From Dendrobates tinctorius (Eukaryota): a DNA stretch of 64,000 nucleotides. Under the pieces are notes generated by a model. The model was not told where the DNA came from. It saw nothing but the letters and a program-made list of their open reading frames with translations, and did no database searches. The first letter of the stretch is position 1, and every line of letters starts with the position of its first letter. The position numbers and the translations under genes are program-made. The stretch covers positions 84,196,001-84,260,000 of the forward strand of contig NW_027361696.1 of the NCBI RefSeq assembly GCF_039654945.1, written 5' to 3'. Positions 24,197 through 36,992 of the stretch are shown in pieces.

Positions 24197-27100
24197 TATG
24201 GGCACTGTAAGACTTAGGAGGCTACAAGGGAACATTTTACTTTTTAAATGGAGTCCGCTGTATCAAAGGAAATGCATTTTAACTAAAACTGGCTATAAAG
24301 TTCTAGAAATGTCAATGCCACAATACAAATGCCCAATGTGACCCGGGTCTTTCCAGCAGAAAACGCTTCTGTGAACTACAGCTAAAATGTCGCAGTCTTC
24401 ACCTTTGTAGACGATTTAATTATGGATGGAAGGATTTGGCCTGATTTTCCACAGAGGGATTAACAACAAAGCATTAATTATCATTCTGGCAGCACATTGA
24501 GGTAATGTCCCACTGGCAGACAGGGTACAAAAGGCAAATGGCTGATTTGCATTCTGTACAGCTCAGCTAGTTTAGTGGCGTGAGAAGCAACCCCCTGTCA
24601 TGAAGACTCCTCCTTTAAGGTGGGCTATGGAGGGACTGACTCCATCCAAACCAATCAGCCCAAGGACTGTCCTCATAGTTTACGGTGGATTTTGGACTTT
24701 GGACCCTGGGACTTGACACATGAACACTCCCTTACTCCATGAACAGTGCACTCATCAGACAAGCTGGAGAGAAGTGATGGAGAGCAGAAAGATGATCACA
24801 CATATAGGAAACGATGTCAGGCAGAAAATGGTGAGTACTTCATTACATAACATCAGAAAGGACTTTCCAGGACGTGTCCCGGCAGCTTGCGGGTTCCATA
24901 GGGCACAGGGGCAACAAATGGAGGCGAAAACTGGCCAGTACTAAATGGAGTTGCCTATGAAAAATATATAGATGCATAGAAAAATGGTCCCCATTCGGAG
25001 GCTCTCTGATCAGTGCAGAACTACCACTCCCAGCATGTCTCTACAGCGGCATGAAAAGGCTGGAGAGCTGTCCTGGGACCACAGGAGTCGCACAATGTGA
25101 ATACAGATCAGCCAGGAAAAGTTATAGCTCTGGTGGACTTTTGAGAAGTCGATGGAAAATTAAAAAATGGACCCCAACAGAGAAAGAAGTTGGCGACTTT
25201 CATTGCACATATGTTGCATTTTGCAGACTTGGCATTTCCTTCATAGAGTTCTTACTATGGACACTCTTGCATGTCAGTGCACACATTACATAAGATACTG
25301 AATCCAGTCTTACGATTTTGGCCATGTAACTCCGTGGCAGGCTCCCCGTCACAGCCCCTCTGAAGCTGGCAGCTCGGGTCCTTACACCCGTGTTTGGGTT
25401 AGGGCACGCTCACAATGGACTTGGGAGGGCAAAAGTTGCACAAATGAGAAAAAAATTATTACAAGCTATGTCGGATATATAATCATATCCTAGCATAAGT
25501 TAGCACAATTTTTAACATTTGCATATTGTGGTGGGAATGCATGGTTCATCCCGATCCCCCTGGTGCATGAAAAGAATGTCCAAGTCAGATCTTAAAAGGG
25601 AAAGTCCACAAGGGAATGTCATACATATACTGTAAATGGCTCACATGATTGAGTAGGTTCAGATCTTGGGGCCCATGGTAAAAAATTTATTCCGCAATGC
25701 AAAACCCAAAGCACCCTATTACTATTCAGTGAAGACAGACTTTCCCGACACTGAGATAGGAGATGACAGATGGTGCTCAAAGTTCTATGGAGAACTGTAA
25801 CTGATGTTTCAGGTGATCTTTCAGCAAAATGTCTGTGTCTGCCTCTAGCTTCTCCCTCCTCCATAGAACTATATCAGCACCAACTGCCATCTCCTATCTA
25901 AGTATTGGGGAAGTCTATTTTAACTAAATACAGATTTTACCCACAAATTGAGAGTGAAAAATCAGTTCAGGAGGAGAAAGAAGCAGATTGCAAAGTTGCT
26001 GAATTTCACGTGTACTACTGATTTCTGAAATAAAAATGAGAGTTACTCTTTAAGCGTATTTGTTACAATGCAGGTCAGAGAGCAGACTGGAGGAAAAATA
26101 AAGCCGATATCAGGCCGTGTAACCTTGGAAAACATTTCCAGGTGTCTGCACACATTGGTCTGTTCACAGAATCGTTTGCGGAGCAAGTGGCATGCTCCCT
26201 GCTCTGCAGCTTTTGTAACAGTCTCCGTCATGGGGTTTCTACAATGCTTTTCCATTGTCATGTAGAGCTAATCTTTTTTTCATTATAAATGTGGAACTAT
26301 TAATTTATCCTGTAAAACATCTTTAACCCTTCGTCTGCACTGTTAGAATTTCCGGACTAAGGTTTCCAGTTTAGAACAACAGAATACATTTGTCATCCAA
26401 CGAGCAGGAGGGAGCTACTCCAAGAGTCTTCTTAGTTACAGAGAGAGCTCTTACTCCCGGGCCCCATGGCGGCCACTGGCTGGGGGCCCCTGCAGGAGGG
26501 GGTCCGTAGGCAGCTGTCTGGTGTGACTGCCCCCAATGCCGGCCCTGTGTAGAGCCAGTCTTCCTTCACTCTCCACTAAACCTGAGGCAGAAGACATTGT
26601 GCTGATCAGTTGGGTCTGGACACTGAGGCCACCACAGATCAATAATTCTCACATGCTTCCAGAACATGTCAAACGTTTTCTGAAAGGGCAGGAACACTCG
26701 AGGGATGTCCAAACTTTTAATTAGACTTAGAGATCCAAAACAGTTAGAAACGTAGACTGTATAAAGGCTCACAAATATGACAACAATACTGACTTATTTG
26801 GGACCTTGTTCATACAGATAGGAAAACACTATCTTCGTGTGAACAAAGTCTGAAGTTTAGGTCATGCTCACACACAGCAGAAAAAAGCAAAATTTTTGCA
26901 AAGTTTTTTGTTTTGGTTTTTTTTGCAGAAACTCAGCCAGTCACACCCACTTTGCAGTGTGCTTAGAGAGTTTTTCTAGTGGTTTTTGGCACAGAAACTT
27001 AACAGAAACTCCAAGGCTTTTTTTTGTTTGTTTTTTTTAGTTTTATGTTTTTAAAGGGAACCTGTCACCCCCCCCCAGGGCGTTTTTAAGTAAAAGAGCC

Positions 27101-27780
27101 ACCTTCAGCAGCACTAAGGCTGCATTCTGTGAAGGTGGCTCTTCCGTTTCTGACCCCCAGTAACGCCGAAATATTAACTTTTATAAATAGGCCCTTATAC
27201 CTGTTATGGGTCCCATAGGTATGGAGCCTCCCCCTGAAGCAGCCGCCTCCCCGCCATCAATCATGTCTGTGCAGCGTCTGGGCCCCGCCTCCCATAGCCA
27301 TCCATCATGCTCCTGTGCTGCTGTCTGTGCCCCGCCTCCATCTGTCTCCTATGGCGGCGCCTGCTCTGTGAAAACAGATCCTGCCCCGCACTGTGAATCA
27401 TCATAACACACACTACGGGGCAGGATCTGAGGCCTCCACAACACGCAGGCGTGATCGCCTGATGTCAGTTCACGGGCAGCGCCCACTGCGCATGCCTGAG
27501 AACTGGTTTTTTTTCAGCAATTGAAAAATACAAAGAATGTTAAAAAATAGTACCATTTGTTTATAATTTAGTAAAATATGAAAAATAATTTTAAAAAGTT
27601 TGGTATTTCCACTTTTAAACACTAGGGGGAGCAGCTACTGAAATTTGACACAAAAACCTAGTGTACAACTAGCTCACATTACTGCCCTGCAGTAAATATG
27701 GGCTGAATCTGCTCACATGCGTGTGATATCACTCCTCTCCTTCTGGGTGTTTGCTAAAGGATAAGAGAGGATGATATTTA

Positions 27781-27963
27781 GGCTGGGGTCACACTTGTGA
27801 GTGCAATGTGAGAAACTCGCATCAATACCCGGCCCTGCTGCCGGCCCTCAGGACCGGAGTGTGCCGCTGCATGCATTTCCAAACTGCCGGGGGCAGTGCT
27901 GGGTATTGATGCGAGAGACTCGCATGAGTTTCTCGCATTGCACTTGCAAGTGTGCCCCCTGCC
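27781..27963. mobile_element. Harbinger-type MITE
   Basis: TTA TSD on both sides; GGCTGGGGTCACACTTG and CAAGTGTGCCCCCTGCC TIRs. Confidence 0.75.
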
Positions 27964-28101
27964 TTAGGAACAGTGTGGAGCCATTTTGTTGGTGACAAGT
28001 TATACTGACAAGTAGATGATCACCGAGGAAGGCAGGCAGAAAGGATTCTGTTAGTTGGTGCTGCTCGCTGTATCATGCTCACATGCTGACGCTAACACCC
28101 A

Positions 28102-28560
28102 GGCCAGGATCACACATGCGAGAATCTCGAACGAGTCTCCCATCTTAATACCCGGCACTGCCACTGGCACTTGGGAGCGGAGCGTGCAGCTGCATAGAAA
28201 GAAGTATCATTTCTCCTTGCGGAGAATGACATGCTAAGCATGTCGAGGTGAGGAGACTTAAAGCTGCAATGCTCCTCTGGAAAATATGCTAATTATGCAA
28301 ATTGTCTCTTCAGAGAGGAAGAGGACTAGAACTCTAGTGCCACCTATTGGAGGTAGCAATCCTAAAAGTCAATGTCGACCCTCTAACAAGCCTAGTTAAG
28401 TGACTTAGGATAAAAGCCAAGCCAGAATCTCCATTTGCAGACACTGTGTTTCGGGGTACTGCCCCTCATCAGTGCAAAGTGGGAGATCTGGTTTGGCACG
28501 CTCCGCTCCGGGTATTAAATGCGAGACTAGTCTGAGTTTCTCGCATGTGTGATCCCAGCC
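28102..28560. mobile_element. Harbinger-type MITE interrupted by a ~300-nt ribozyme-bearing unit
   Basis: GGCCAGGATCACACATGCGAGAA and TTCTCGCATGTGTGATCCCAGCC TIRs. Foreign insert at about 28200-28497. Confidence 0.75.
28416..28497 (-). ncRNA. Type I hammerhead ribozyme with canonical core, in a retrozyme/satellite-2-like unit
   Basis: Minus strand: GCCAAACCAGATCTCCCAC-TTTGCA-CTGATGA-GGGG-CAGTA-CCCC-GAAA-CACAGTG-TC-TGCAAA-TGGAGATTCTGGCTTGGC. All core nucleotides and stems are present. The predicted cut is GUC|, between 28440 and 28439. Confidence 0.9.
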
Positions 28561-29842
28561 TAACACTCACACAAGGAGGAATCTGAAATATTCCCCTCCA
28601 AAAAAAGACTCCTTGCGCATATTGCCCTGTCAGGAAAACTCATGCCCACTGTGTTTTAGGTCCTGTTCCTAGATGCGGCTACACGGTGTTTTTGTTTTTT
28701 TTTCCTGCAGGTGTCCGCACCAAAATAAACAATAGTAATCTGCCCTGATATTTTCATTTTTGTTGATTTTATTTTTTAAGCATCTCCCCCATTCTTAGAT
28801 TTTTGCGGTGGATGTGACACAGAAGCATTACTTTAGCGCGGGGATTGCTTGAATTCTGCCCTTAGACATGCATTTGCTCCCTATTAAAAGCTATAAGAAA
28901 AAAAAAAGCACGTGGAAAAAAATACACAATGCTGCAGCGTCTCTAAATGCAGAACGGGTAGGAATTTTCATGAAATCACTTCGTTTTTTCGGGTAAATGC
29001 AGCAGATTTGCTTTTCAAAAAAATGCAGGAGGGGAAAAAAAAACATAACGTTTACCCTGCAGACACAGCTTGCATTTTCGGTCATTTTTTTCTCTATGGG
29101 CTTCTATGCTATTTTTTTAAAAAATAGATGTAAAAAAATATATATTTTTTTAAGTGCAGAATTCCAGTGTTTTTGCACTAAAAGTGCACTTAAAATAAAA
29201 ATAACTGCACCAAAAGCACGCAAAAAAGGGAGAAAATGCTATCAAAAGTTGGAATAATCAAAGCAGATTGTTATAACGTATTTTAAAGGAGATGCCGTAG
29301 CAAAAAAACAAATAAAAACAAAAGTTTCCACACCGGGAACATGGGCAGAAAGAGACCAGTGACTGGAGGAGAGAACAAGGGTGCTTTGCTACACTACTAT
29401 GTTGTGTGGGATGCAGGTGTTGGAGCGTGTTCAGGTGTCCCCACCTTACCTGGATGGTGGGGTACCACACCTCAGGAGGAGGTGCAGTACTTCTGTGGTG
29501 ACTGAACCCTCAGGGGCGCCACATATATGTGTGTCTGTCTCCTCATTGCACTTCAGAGCACATGTTGACTGTCGACACCATTATAGTTTATAGCATGCGC
29601 CTGAATCCCGTTTTGTGGAGGGCTCAGCCGTAAGCCTGACGGGACCAATGAACGCATGACAAAAAGCAGTGAGAAAGCAGATCTGGAGCAATCAGCCAGC
29701 TTTCTTTTAACAAAGGGTTGTCTTGGTGAGGATGATTGCCATCAGTCATCTACCATTAGGTCCACCACCATCACATACTCCACTGCACGATCCTATTGTT
29801 GAGAGAAACTGGTATAACAGGTAAAACAAAACCCAAACCTAA

Positions 29843-30431
29843 GGGCCCCGTCACACATAACGACCCACCAGCGATCCCGACATCGATATCAACGTGTCAG
29901 GATCGCTGGTAAGTCGCTATGTGATCGCTGGTGAGCTGTCAAACAGACAGCTTCACCAGCGATCAGCACAGTGACGCCGAGCGCGCGGCGTCGCTGTGTT
30001 CGTTAGTTACCAGCGCGCTGATGCAGGGAGCTGGTAACTAACGTACACATCGGGTATCCAAGGGACGTGCGCCACTTAGATACCCGATGTGTACGTTAGT
30101 TACCAGCTCCCTGCATCAGAGCGCTGGTAACTAACATACACATCGGGTTTCTAAGGGATGCACGTCCCTTGGATACCCGATGTGTACGTTAGTTACCAGC
30201 TGATCGCTGGTCTCCCGCCTGTCACACGCAGCGATGTGTGCTGGCCAGCGGGAGACCAGCGACCAAAGAAAAGTCCTGGCCTTTCCTACAACGATCAGCG
30301 ATACCGGCAGGGGGGCCGGTCGCTGATCGCTGTCACACACAGCGATCTCGCTGGTGAGATCGCTGTTGTGTCACAAAACTTGTGACTCAGCAGCGATCTC
30401 GCTAGCAAGATCGCTATGTGTGACGGGGCCC
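29843..30431. mobile_element. Harbinger-type MITE with palindromic interior
   Basis: TAA TSDs; perfect TIR GGGCCCCGTCACACATA. Confidence 0.85.
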
Positions 30432-30764
30432 TAAGAGTCTCCAAGCTGCCTGTCGCCAGGGCACCATTCATAAATTAATCTTTTCCCACATAAAATGCGA
30501 ATTGTATCACGTCCATGTTCAGCGGCTTACTTCTATGATTATACATACAGAGGTGTAAATTGCAGTTTCAGGTACAAAAAAAAATAGAAATAAACAATTG
30601 AGTTTGGGCCCAATTTTTTAGGATGTTTCCAGTGATATTTTTGTCTAGGCAAAAATATTTTAGAAAATTATCAATGAAGTCCTGGAGACTGACGCGATTC
30701 ATGCATGTGCTCCATGAAATAATGACATGACCGTTAAGCCTCTGTGGACCTGTATACTTTGTTT

Positions 30765-31483
30765 ACATCCAACACGAAAAGGAAGCAATGCCTAAAATTC
30801 CAAAACTTTATTATGACATAATAAAAGATTTCACAGAAAAAAAAATTTTTTCACGGAAAAGTTCTATGTTGTTATAAAAGGGGGGACATAACACACAAAA
30901 GACCGCACCTTAGGCAAGCAGCAATGCTACATGTATGCATGATAATGTTCCCCTTGAGAAAGCTACGCGAAACGCGCGTCGGGGTTTCCTGCCCGCACCC
31001 TAAGGTAAACATGCTGTAGCAGCCGTTTTTCATCACTGTTTGGGTATATACTGGGTTTACTCTTCACTGCAACTAGCGCATATTCACGTTATATTGCCCA
31101 GTACCTTCAATTTGGCTGGTTTATCGCACTCTTGTAAGCATGTAATAGCCGCATTATTGTATTTAGCACTTTTATGTACTATTGCGGTTCCATCAGTAAT
31201 CAGGCTTGCATCCTTGTGGCTTTTTTGCTTGCAAAAGAATTATGAGAGCATCTCAATTATCATGCATACATGTAGCATTGCTGCTTGCCTAAGGTGCAGT
31301 CTTTTGTGTGTTATGTCCCCCCTTTTATAACATAGAACTTTTCCGTGAAAAATTTTTTTTTTCTGTGAAATCTTTTATTATGTCATAATAAAGTTTTGGA
31401 ATTTTAGGCATTGCTTCCTTTTCGTGTTGGATGTACTTCTTATGAAGCATTTCGTCTATTAGGCATTTTGTTATTTTGGATAA
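30765..31483 (+). mobile_element. Young Penelope-like non-autonomous insertion with an inverted terminal duplication
   Basis: 15-bp TSD CTGTATACTTTGTTT at 30750-30764 and 31484-31498. Near-identical ~180-bp inverted arms at 30764-30946 and 31256-31435. Minimal hammerhead at the inversion junction. Confidence 0.8.
30950..30984 (+). ncRNA. Minimal hammerhead ribozyme, U3-A8 core variant
   Basis: CCCC-TTGAGAA-A-GC-TAC-GC-GAAA-CGCGCG-TC-GGGG, with palindromic stem III (ACGCGCGT). Confidence 0.7.
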
Positions 31484-31934
31484 CTGTATACTTTGTTTGT
31501 TGCTGCACAGAAGATAAGTAGACTAGATTATTCAGTCATAAATACATTCAAGGATCAGTTCTACTGGACAAGAACTTCTGAAATTCTAAAGTGCCCCAAA
31601 TAAAAATATAAGAAATAAGAATCAGATCCCAGCCTGGTGCAGTTCCAGCAATTTCAACGCTGTGTCTCCTGGCAGTCACATGTGAACAAAGAAAAGCGTT
31701 CCTTGTGTGAATCTATATTGCCAATGTCGATGTTTGAGTGTTTCGCTCCTGTGGATGTAGATGACCAGAGTCCGAGTACAGGACAACGTTCTACTGGACT
31801 ACGCGTATCGGAGACGGACCGTCTCCATCAGGTCTCAGTGTTGTGCCTTGTACAGCCGATCAGCTCCATTTCCATCACGTCTAATGAAAGAGACAGTCTC
31901 CGAAATGCATAGCCCAATAAAAGGTTTTCCTTAA

Positions 31935-32829
31935 GGCTGAGTTCACACGTCGCGTTTTTTTCACGTTTTCGCGGCGGTTTTAAATGCGCGATTTTGCTGC
32001 GAAAGTAAGCATCCCATACAATCCTATAGGATTCCGCAATGCTGTGCTAATGCTGCGTTTTTTTCCGCAGCGGAATCGCTTTGCGGTAAAAAACGCAGCA
32101 TGCTCATTAATTTAGCGGAATCGCGGCGATCCCGCACCCATAGGATTGCATTGTTCCGCTTACTTCCCGCATGTGGCTGTGCCCACCATGCGAAAAGTAA
32201 GCAGAACATTTGCGGATGGTATCCACGGTCCGGAGGAGAGGAGACTGTCCTCCGGGCTGTTGGTACCATATCCCTGTAAAAATTAGAATTAAAATAAAAA
32301 ATATTGCTATTCTCACCTTCCGGCGTGCCGCGCAGCCTTCCCGCCTCTCTCCACGCTCCCAGTCCCAGTAATCCTTTGCAAGAATGACCGCGATGACGTC
32401 GCGATCTCGCGGGAGCGCGACGTCTCGCGGTCATTCGCGCAAAGGATTACTGGGATCGGGAGAGTGGAGAGAGACGGGAAAGCTGCGCGGCACGCCGGAA
32501 GGTGAGAATAACAATATTTTTTATTTTTTTTATTATTTTTTTACATCCTTTTACTACTGATGCTGCATATGCAGCCTCAGCAGTAAAAAGTTGGTCACAC
32601 TTGTCAAACACTGTGTTTGACGAGTGTGACCAACCTGTCAATCAGTTCTCCAAGCGATGCTACAGATCGCTTGGAGAACGCTAGCATTCTGCAAGCTAAC
32701 TACACTTGCAAATCGCTAGTTTTTCCACGGGAAAATCGCAGGAATTTAAAATGCGATTTTCCCGCAGAATAGAATTCTGGAATTCTCGCGGTAACTTTCG
32801 AGAGAGTTCTGCTATGTGTGCACATAGCC
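31935..32829. mobile_element. Harbinger-type MITE with a long internal palindrome
   Basis: GGCTGAGTTCACAC and GTGTGCACATAGCC ends with TWA flanks. About 32290-32400 is the inverted copy of 32420-32520. Confidence 0.7.
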
Positions 32830-33487
32830 TTACTCCAGTCATCCATATCCACAGACGCGCCAAGACGACACTGCTGTTCTTTTTCCTTTCTAGTATATCC
32901 CAGTAGTCACATGACATGATTATATCACGCGAGCACTGTAGCCCATCAATGGCAGCAGGCTTCTGATAGCTCCAGCCAATCAGCAGTCAATGCATATCAT
33001 GTGACTACCGCAGGACACAGAGCCAACATCGCTGGAGCCGCACTGGCCCTGAAGTGTTTTCTTTCTTTGTGTGTGTGTGTTTTATCTTTAACATTTAAGA
33101 AGGTTTTTCCAGAAGTGACCCTTTAAAAAAAAAAAAAAAAGTTGTTAATGTGGATTGTACAGATATAATAGAGCTGTTCGGGTATGTTCACACAATCATC
33201 TTTTTCCAGCAGCAAAAAGAAAAAGTTTTTCCAAACAGAAGATGCTTCAAGTATCTCTTCCTTTTATCTGGGGTTCTGTAGGCTTTTTTTAGGCGTTCTT
33301 GGTTGGTTGCGGAGCACTTTTTCACCATTTTTTACCATCTTTTAACTGACGTTTTCCAGACATGTTTCTTTTTTTTTTTTAAACTGAAACAATGAAGAAA
33401 ATACTGGTGCTTTTTTGAAGCATAAAAAAAACAAACACGTGGGCATCTTCAAAACGTCTTTGTAACCTTATCATTGACTTCTATTAA

Positions 33488-33846
33488 GGGTATATTGCCA
33501 CGGTCAGTAACCGGCAGTGCTTTGGACGCATCACATGTCCGCACCGTCCATAGCGCTGCCGGCTTTTGTAGGCGCGGTTTATCCACATGTGTTCATTGAA
33601 CAGAGTGGAATCACCGCATCCTATACATTGCACTGGTGATATTTATCTTGCGGAGACTCGCGTCTCCACAAGATAAAAAGACATGCTGCGGTCTGGAAAG
33701 ACGCGCCGCATGTGCGTCTCCGCAAGGAAGCCGCGGGTGTCGGAGCACGCATAGTGGACATGGCGTCCACTGTGCTGTAACATCTAGCCGCTGCGGATGT
33801 ACGCAGCGTTCAACCCGCAGCGTTTACTCACCGTGGGAACATACCC
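33488..33846. mobile_element. Harbinger-type MITE (same family as 35076-35430, opposite orientation)
   Basis: TAA TSDs; GGGTATATTGCCACGG and CCGTGGGAACATACCC ends. Confidence 0.8.
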
Positions 33847-35075
33847 TAACAGCTCCATTTGCTATTTTTGAGTTCTGAAATAAAAAGGGACAACCCTTTC
33901 AATAGCTTAAAATGTGTTTGTATTTATTTTTATTATTCTTTTTTTTTCAGAAATGGAAATGATGAAGCCTGTAAAGACCTTTGTTCTTATAAATGGATAA
34001 ATGACAAGGAGTAAAAAAGAAGTGACTAAGGGTCTACATCTGAAGACGAAACGTTCTGCCTTATTAATGTTTGATAATCGGCAATACAGCAGCTGCTAGA
34101 GGAGCTGGCAGTCAGGTAGGCTGCAGGTCCCTGCCATCACTCCTGAGAAAAGACAAACTCTCGTACATGAACAGGGACCATATAGTCTATGGCCCCTTCC
34201 CCACATACATCCAAAATCCGTTTTACGGGGGGATTCGGATGCAAGCCCTAACCGGACCCATGAAATCCAGAAAAGCACAATGTGAAACCACCTTAGCTTG
34301 TATTTTATGCACTAAAATCCCTGGTGTTTGTATGTATGACTCTAGTGGGCAGTCCTACTAAGTGACTGACAGCGATCTCTGAAGTACAGTTATACAGCGA
34401 AACCTGTCAATCACCGAGTAGGACCTGCCACTGAGCTCATACATATAAACACTAGGGATTTCAAAGAATAAAATGCAGGAATTACTGAAACTTGTCCCAT
34501 CAAATTGTATATAAATCTGATCAGATCTTCCTTTATAACATCCTGCCGGCAGATCAGACAACATTTCCAACACGACAAGTTAAAGATTTCTGTACCAAAA
34601 ATTTTCAACAATGTGCAGATGAGATTTAATAAAATCTCACTTACATTGCTAGTACTGTATTATGCGTCATACGCAAAAAACGGTCCGATTCCCATCAGTG
34701 TTTTGGATCAGATTTTTAATCAGAGTTTCGTCCACGAGTCAGATTTCGACATCAGAATTTGATCAGCTTTATTTTACATACAAGACGTTTTCTAAAACTT
34801 TATCAATGAAACATAAGTCAGACAGCATTCAGATGGCATTAGAGAGATTGTGATTTTCACGACCCATAGATTTGCATTGGAGAATTTGGTCCATGACTTA
34901 GATCAAAATCAGATGTCTCCAGTTTTTTTATGTGGATCACTTGATCTGCAAAAAAAAAAAAACAAAACACACGGATATGAGATCAGCCCCATGGGTTCGA
35001 TTTTTATCTGAAAAACACAGATTGTTTTTCACATACAAATTCTGTTTTTTGAAATACCGTAACTCATTCCTATAA

Positions 35076-35430
35076 GGGTATGTTCCCACAGCCAGTTAAC
35101 GCTGCTGGTTGGACACTCTGTACATCCGCAGCATCCAACCCACGGCATCCCAATGTTACAGCATAGCGGATGGGATTTCAAGAAATCCCATGTCCACTAT
35201 GCGTGCTTCGACACTCGCGGCTTCCCTGCGGAGACGGACATGCGGCGTCTTTCCAGACCGCAGAATGTCTAACATAAAGTCACCCATATAATGTATAGGA
35301 TGCGGTGATTCCGCATGGTTCAATGAACACATGCGGAATCACCTGCGTTCAAAAGCCGGCAGCGCTTTGGATGCAGCGGATATGTGCTGCATTCAAAGCT
35401 CTGCCGGTTGCTGACCATGGGAACATACCC
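35076..35430. mobile_element. Harbinger-type MITE nested in an older MITE
   Basis: GGGTATGTTCCCA and TGGGAACATACCC TIRs with TWA flanks. Confidence 0.8.
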
Positions 35431-35685
35431 TTATAGTCTATGGGGCTGATCACATGTGCAGACAGAGTGGTCAACAACAAAAGATGGAGATATGTCTAAT
35501 TTTGATCGGAGTCTCAGATCAAACTCGCCAGTGCAAGTCTAGGCGTCTGTGAAGAAAATCCGATAGTACTCATATGCCACTTATGTGCTGTCTTTCAGGT
35601 TTGTTTGATAGGAAAAGCTTAAGAAACCTTATCGTACATATATATAAAAAAATAAATAAATAAAACAATTAAATTCTGATGTTAA

Positions 35686-36078
35686 GGCGGGGGTCACATG
35701 AGCATTGATGCAAGAGAATGGGGTTGCTCATGATAATGACACTCTGCTCCGAGTTTGATCCATGTGTTAGTTTACTCTTATCCGATTGTCTTGCATAAGA
35801 GAATCACAGCACAAGTGCAAAGATGGAGAACTTAACTTCTCCATCTTCTCCACTGTCTGCATCCCAAAGAAGTCTGATGTTTTACTTGCACCCATAGACT
35901 TGAATGGGTGCGAGTTCTCCGATTTGCTGAGCCACTCTCGGCCTGCTGTGATTGTTTTCTCTTAAGCAAAAAAATAGCTGATCTGCACTGCACCATAGTA
36001 AAACACTGGGCCAAGTGATATCCAATAAAAAATATCGGGTAACACTCGTCTGATGAATACATTCATGTGAGCGAACCC
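35686..36078. mobile_element. Harbinger-type MITE nested in an older MITE
   Basis: TAA-GGCGGGGGTCACATG...CATGTGAGCGAACCC-TAA. Confidence 0.55.
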
Positions 36079-36957
36079 TAAAAGTGACACATGGACAAAA
36101 TACTGATGAAAATCTGAACTAAAATACTAATGGAAATCGGTCAGTTTTTTTAAATTAGAAAAATCACCGACATCTGAATGGGCCCTTATGCTGCAGCTTT
36201 TCCGCACATAAATCCACAAGTACGCCAAGTGGGAAAAGACCTTAAAAGTGCCATAGTGCCAAGTGACAAAGTCAACCTAACCCCGAAGGCAGTATTATAG
36301 GTATAGAGGCCTCCAGGACTCTCCCCGATAGCTTATGTCGGGGGAGAGGCGGGCCAGAGCATTAAAATTCGTCTGACGTTTTTCATTGACAAGATGTGGG
36401 CGCTCGCAGACCAGAGTATCAGGAGAGATAGCAATCTTCTAATGTGTATGGGGCATCAGGTCTGACTATATGGGATATATTTTCAGTATACATTTCTGTA
36501 ACCTGGATTCTTCAATTACTGCAGGCCGGTCCCAGGATGTGCTTGTTGGATAAGCTTGGAAGCATGGTTTTTCTTTTCTTCTTCTGCACTATTGTATTCC
36601 AAGGGATTGTCCGGGATGTAACAATTGATGACCTATCCCCTATATAAACTCAGGGGGGGCCAGAGCCAGTTATTCTCCACTGAAATCAGGATATAATAAG
36701 TTTATCTCCACTATTTATGTTGAGTATAATGGTGGTCTACCATCAGTGTGAGAAGGTGATTGAAACCCAGCCAGTGGTAGGCAGCAATCACCTAATCACA
36801 ATGATGGTAGCCCCCTCCTTCCACCATTCAGCTCAACATAGATGGAGGAGATAAACCTTTAAATGAGTAGTCAGACTGTCTGCTTAAATAATTTGGGTTA
36901 ATTAAAGTGTAAAATTTGCTAACTCCCATTGCAGATTACTGCAGCATCATTTGCATA

Positions 36958-36992
36958 GAATGAATGAATGAATGAATGAATGAATGAATGAA
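36958..36992. repeat. (GAAT)n microsatellite
   Basis: About 8 copies, read directly. Confidence 0.95.

Noticed and set aside
24640-24840. Plus-strand CCAAT and ATG|GTGAGT donor as an antisense exon
   Set aside because: Isolated motifs with no recognisable coding content or partner exon.
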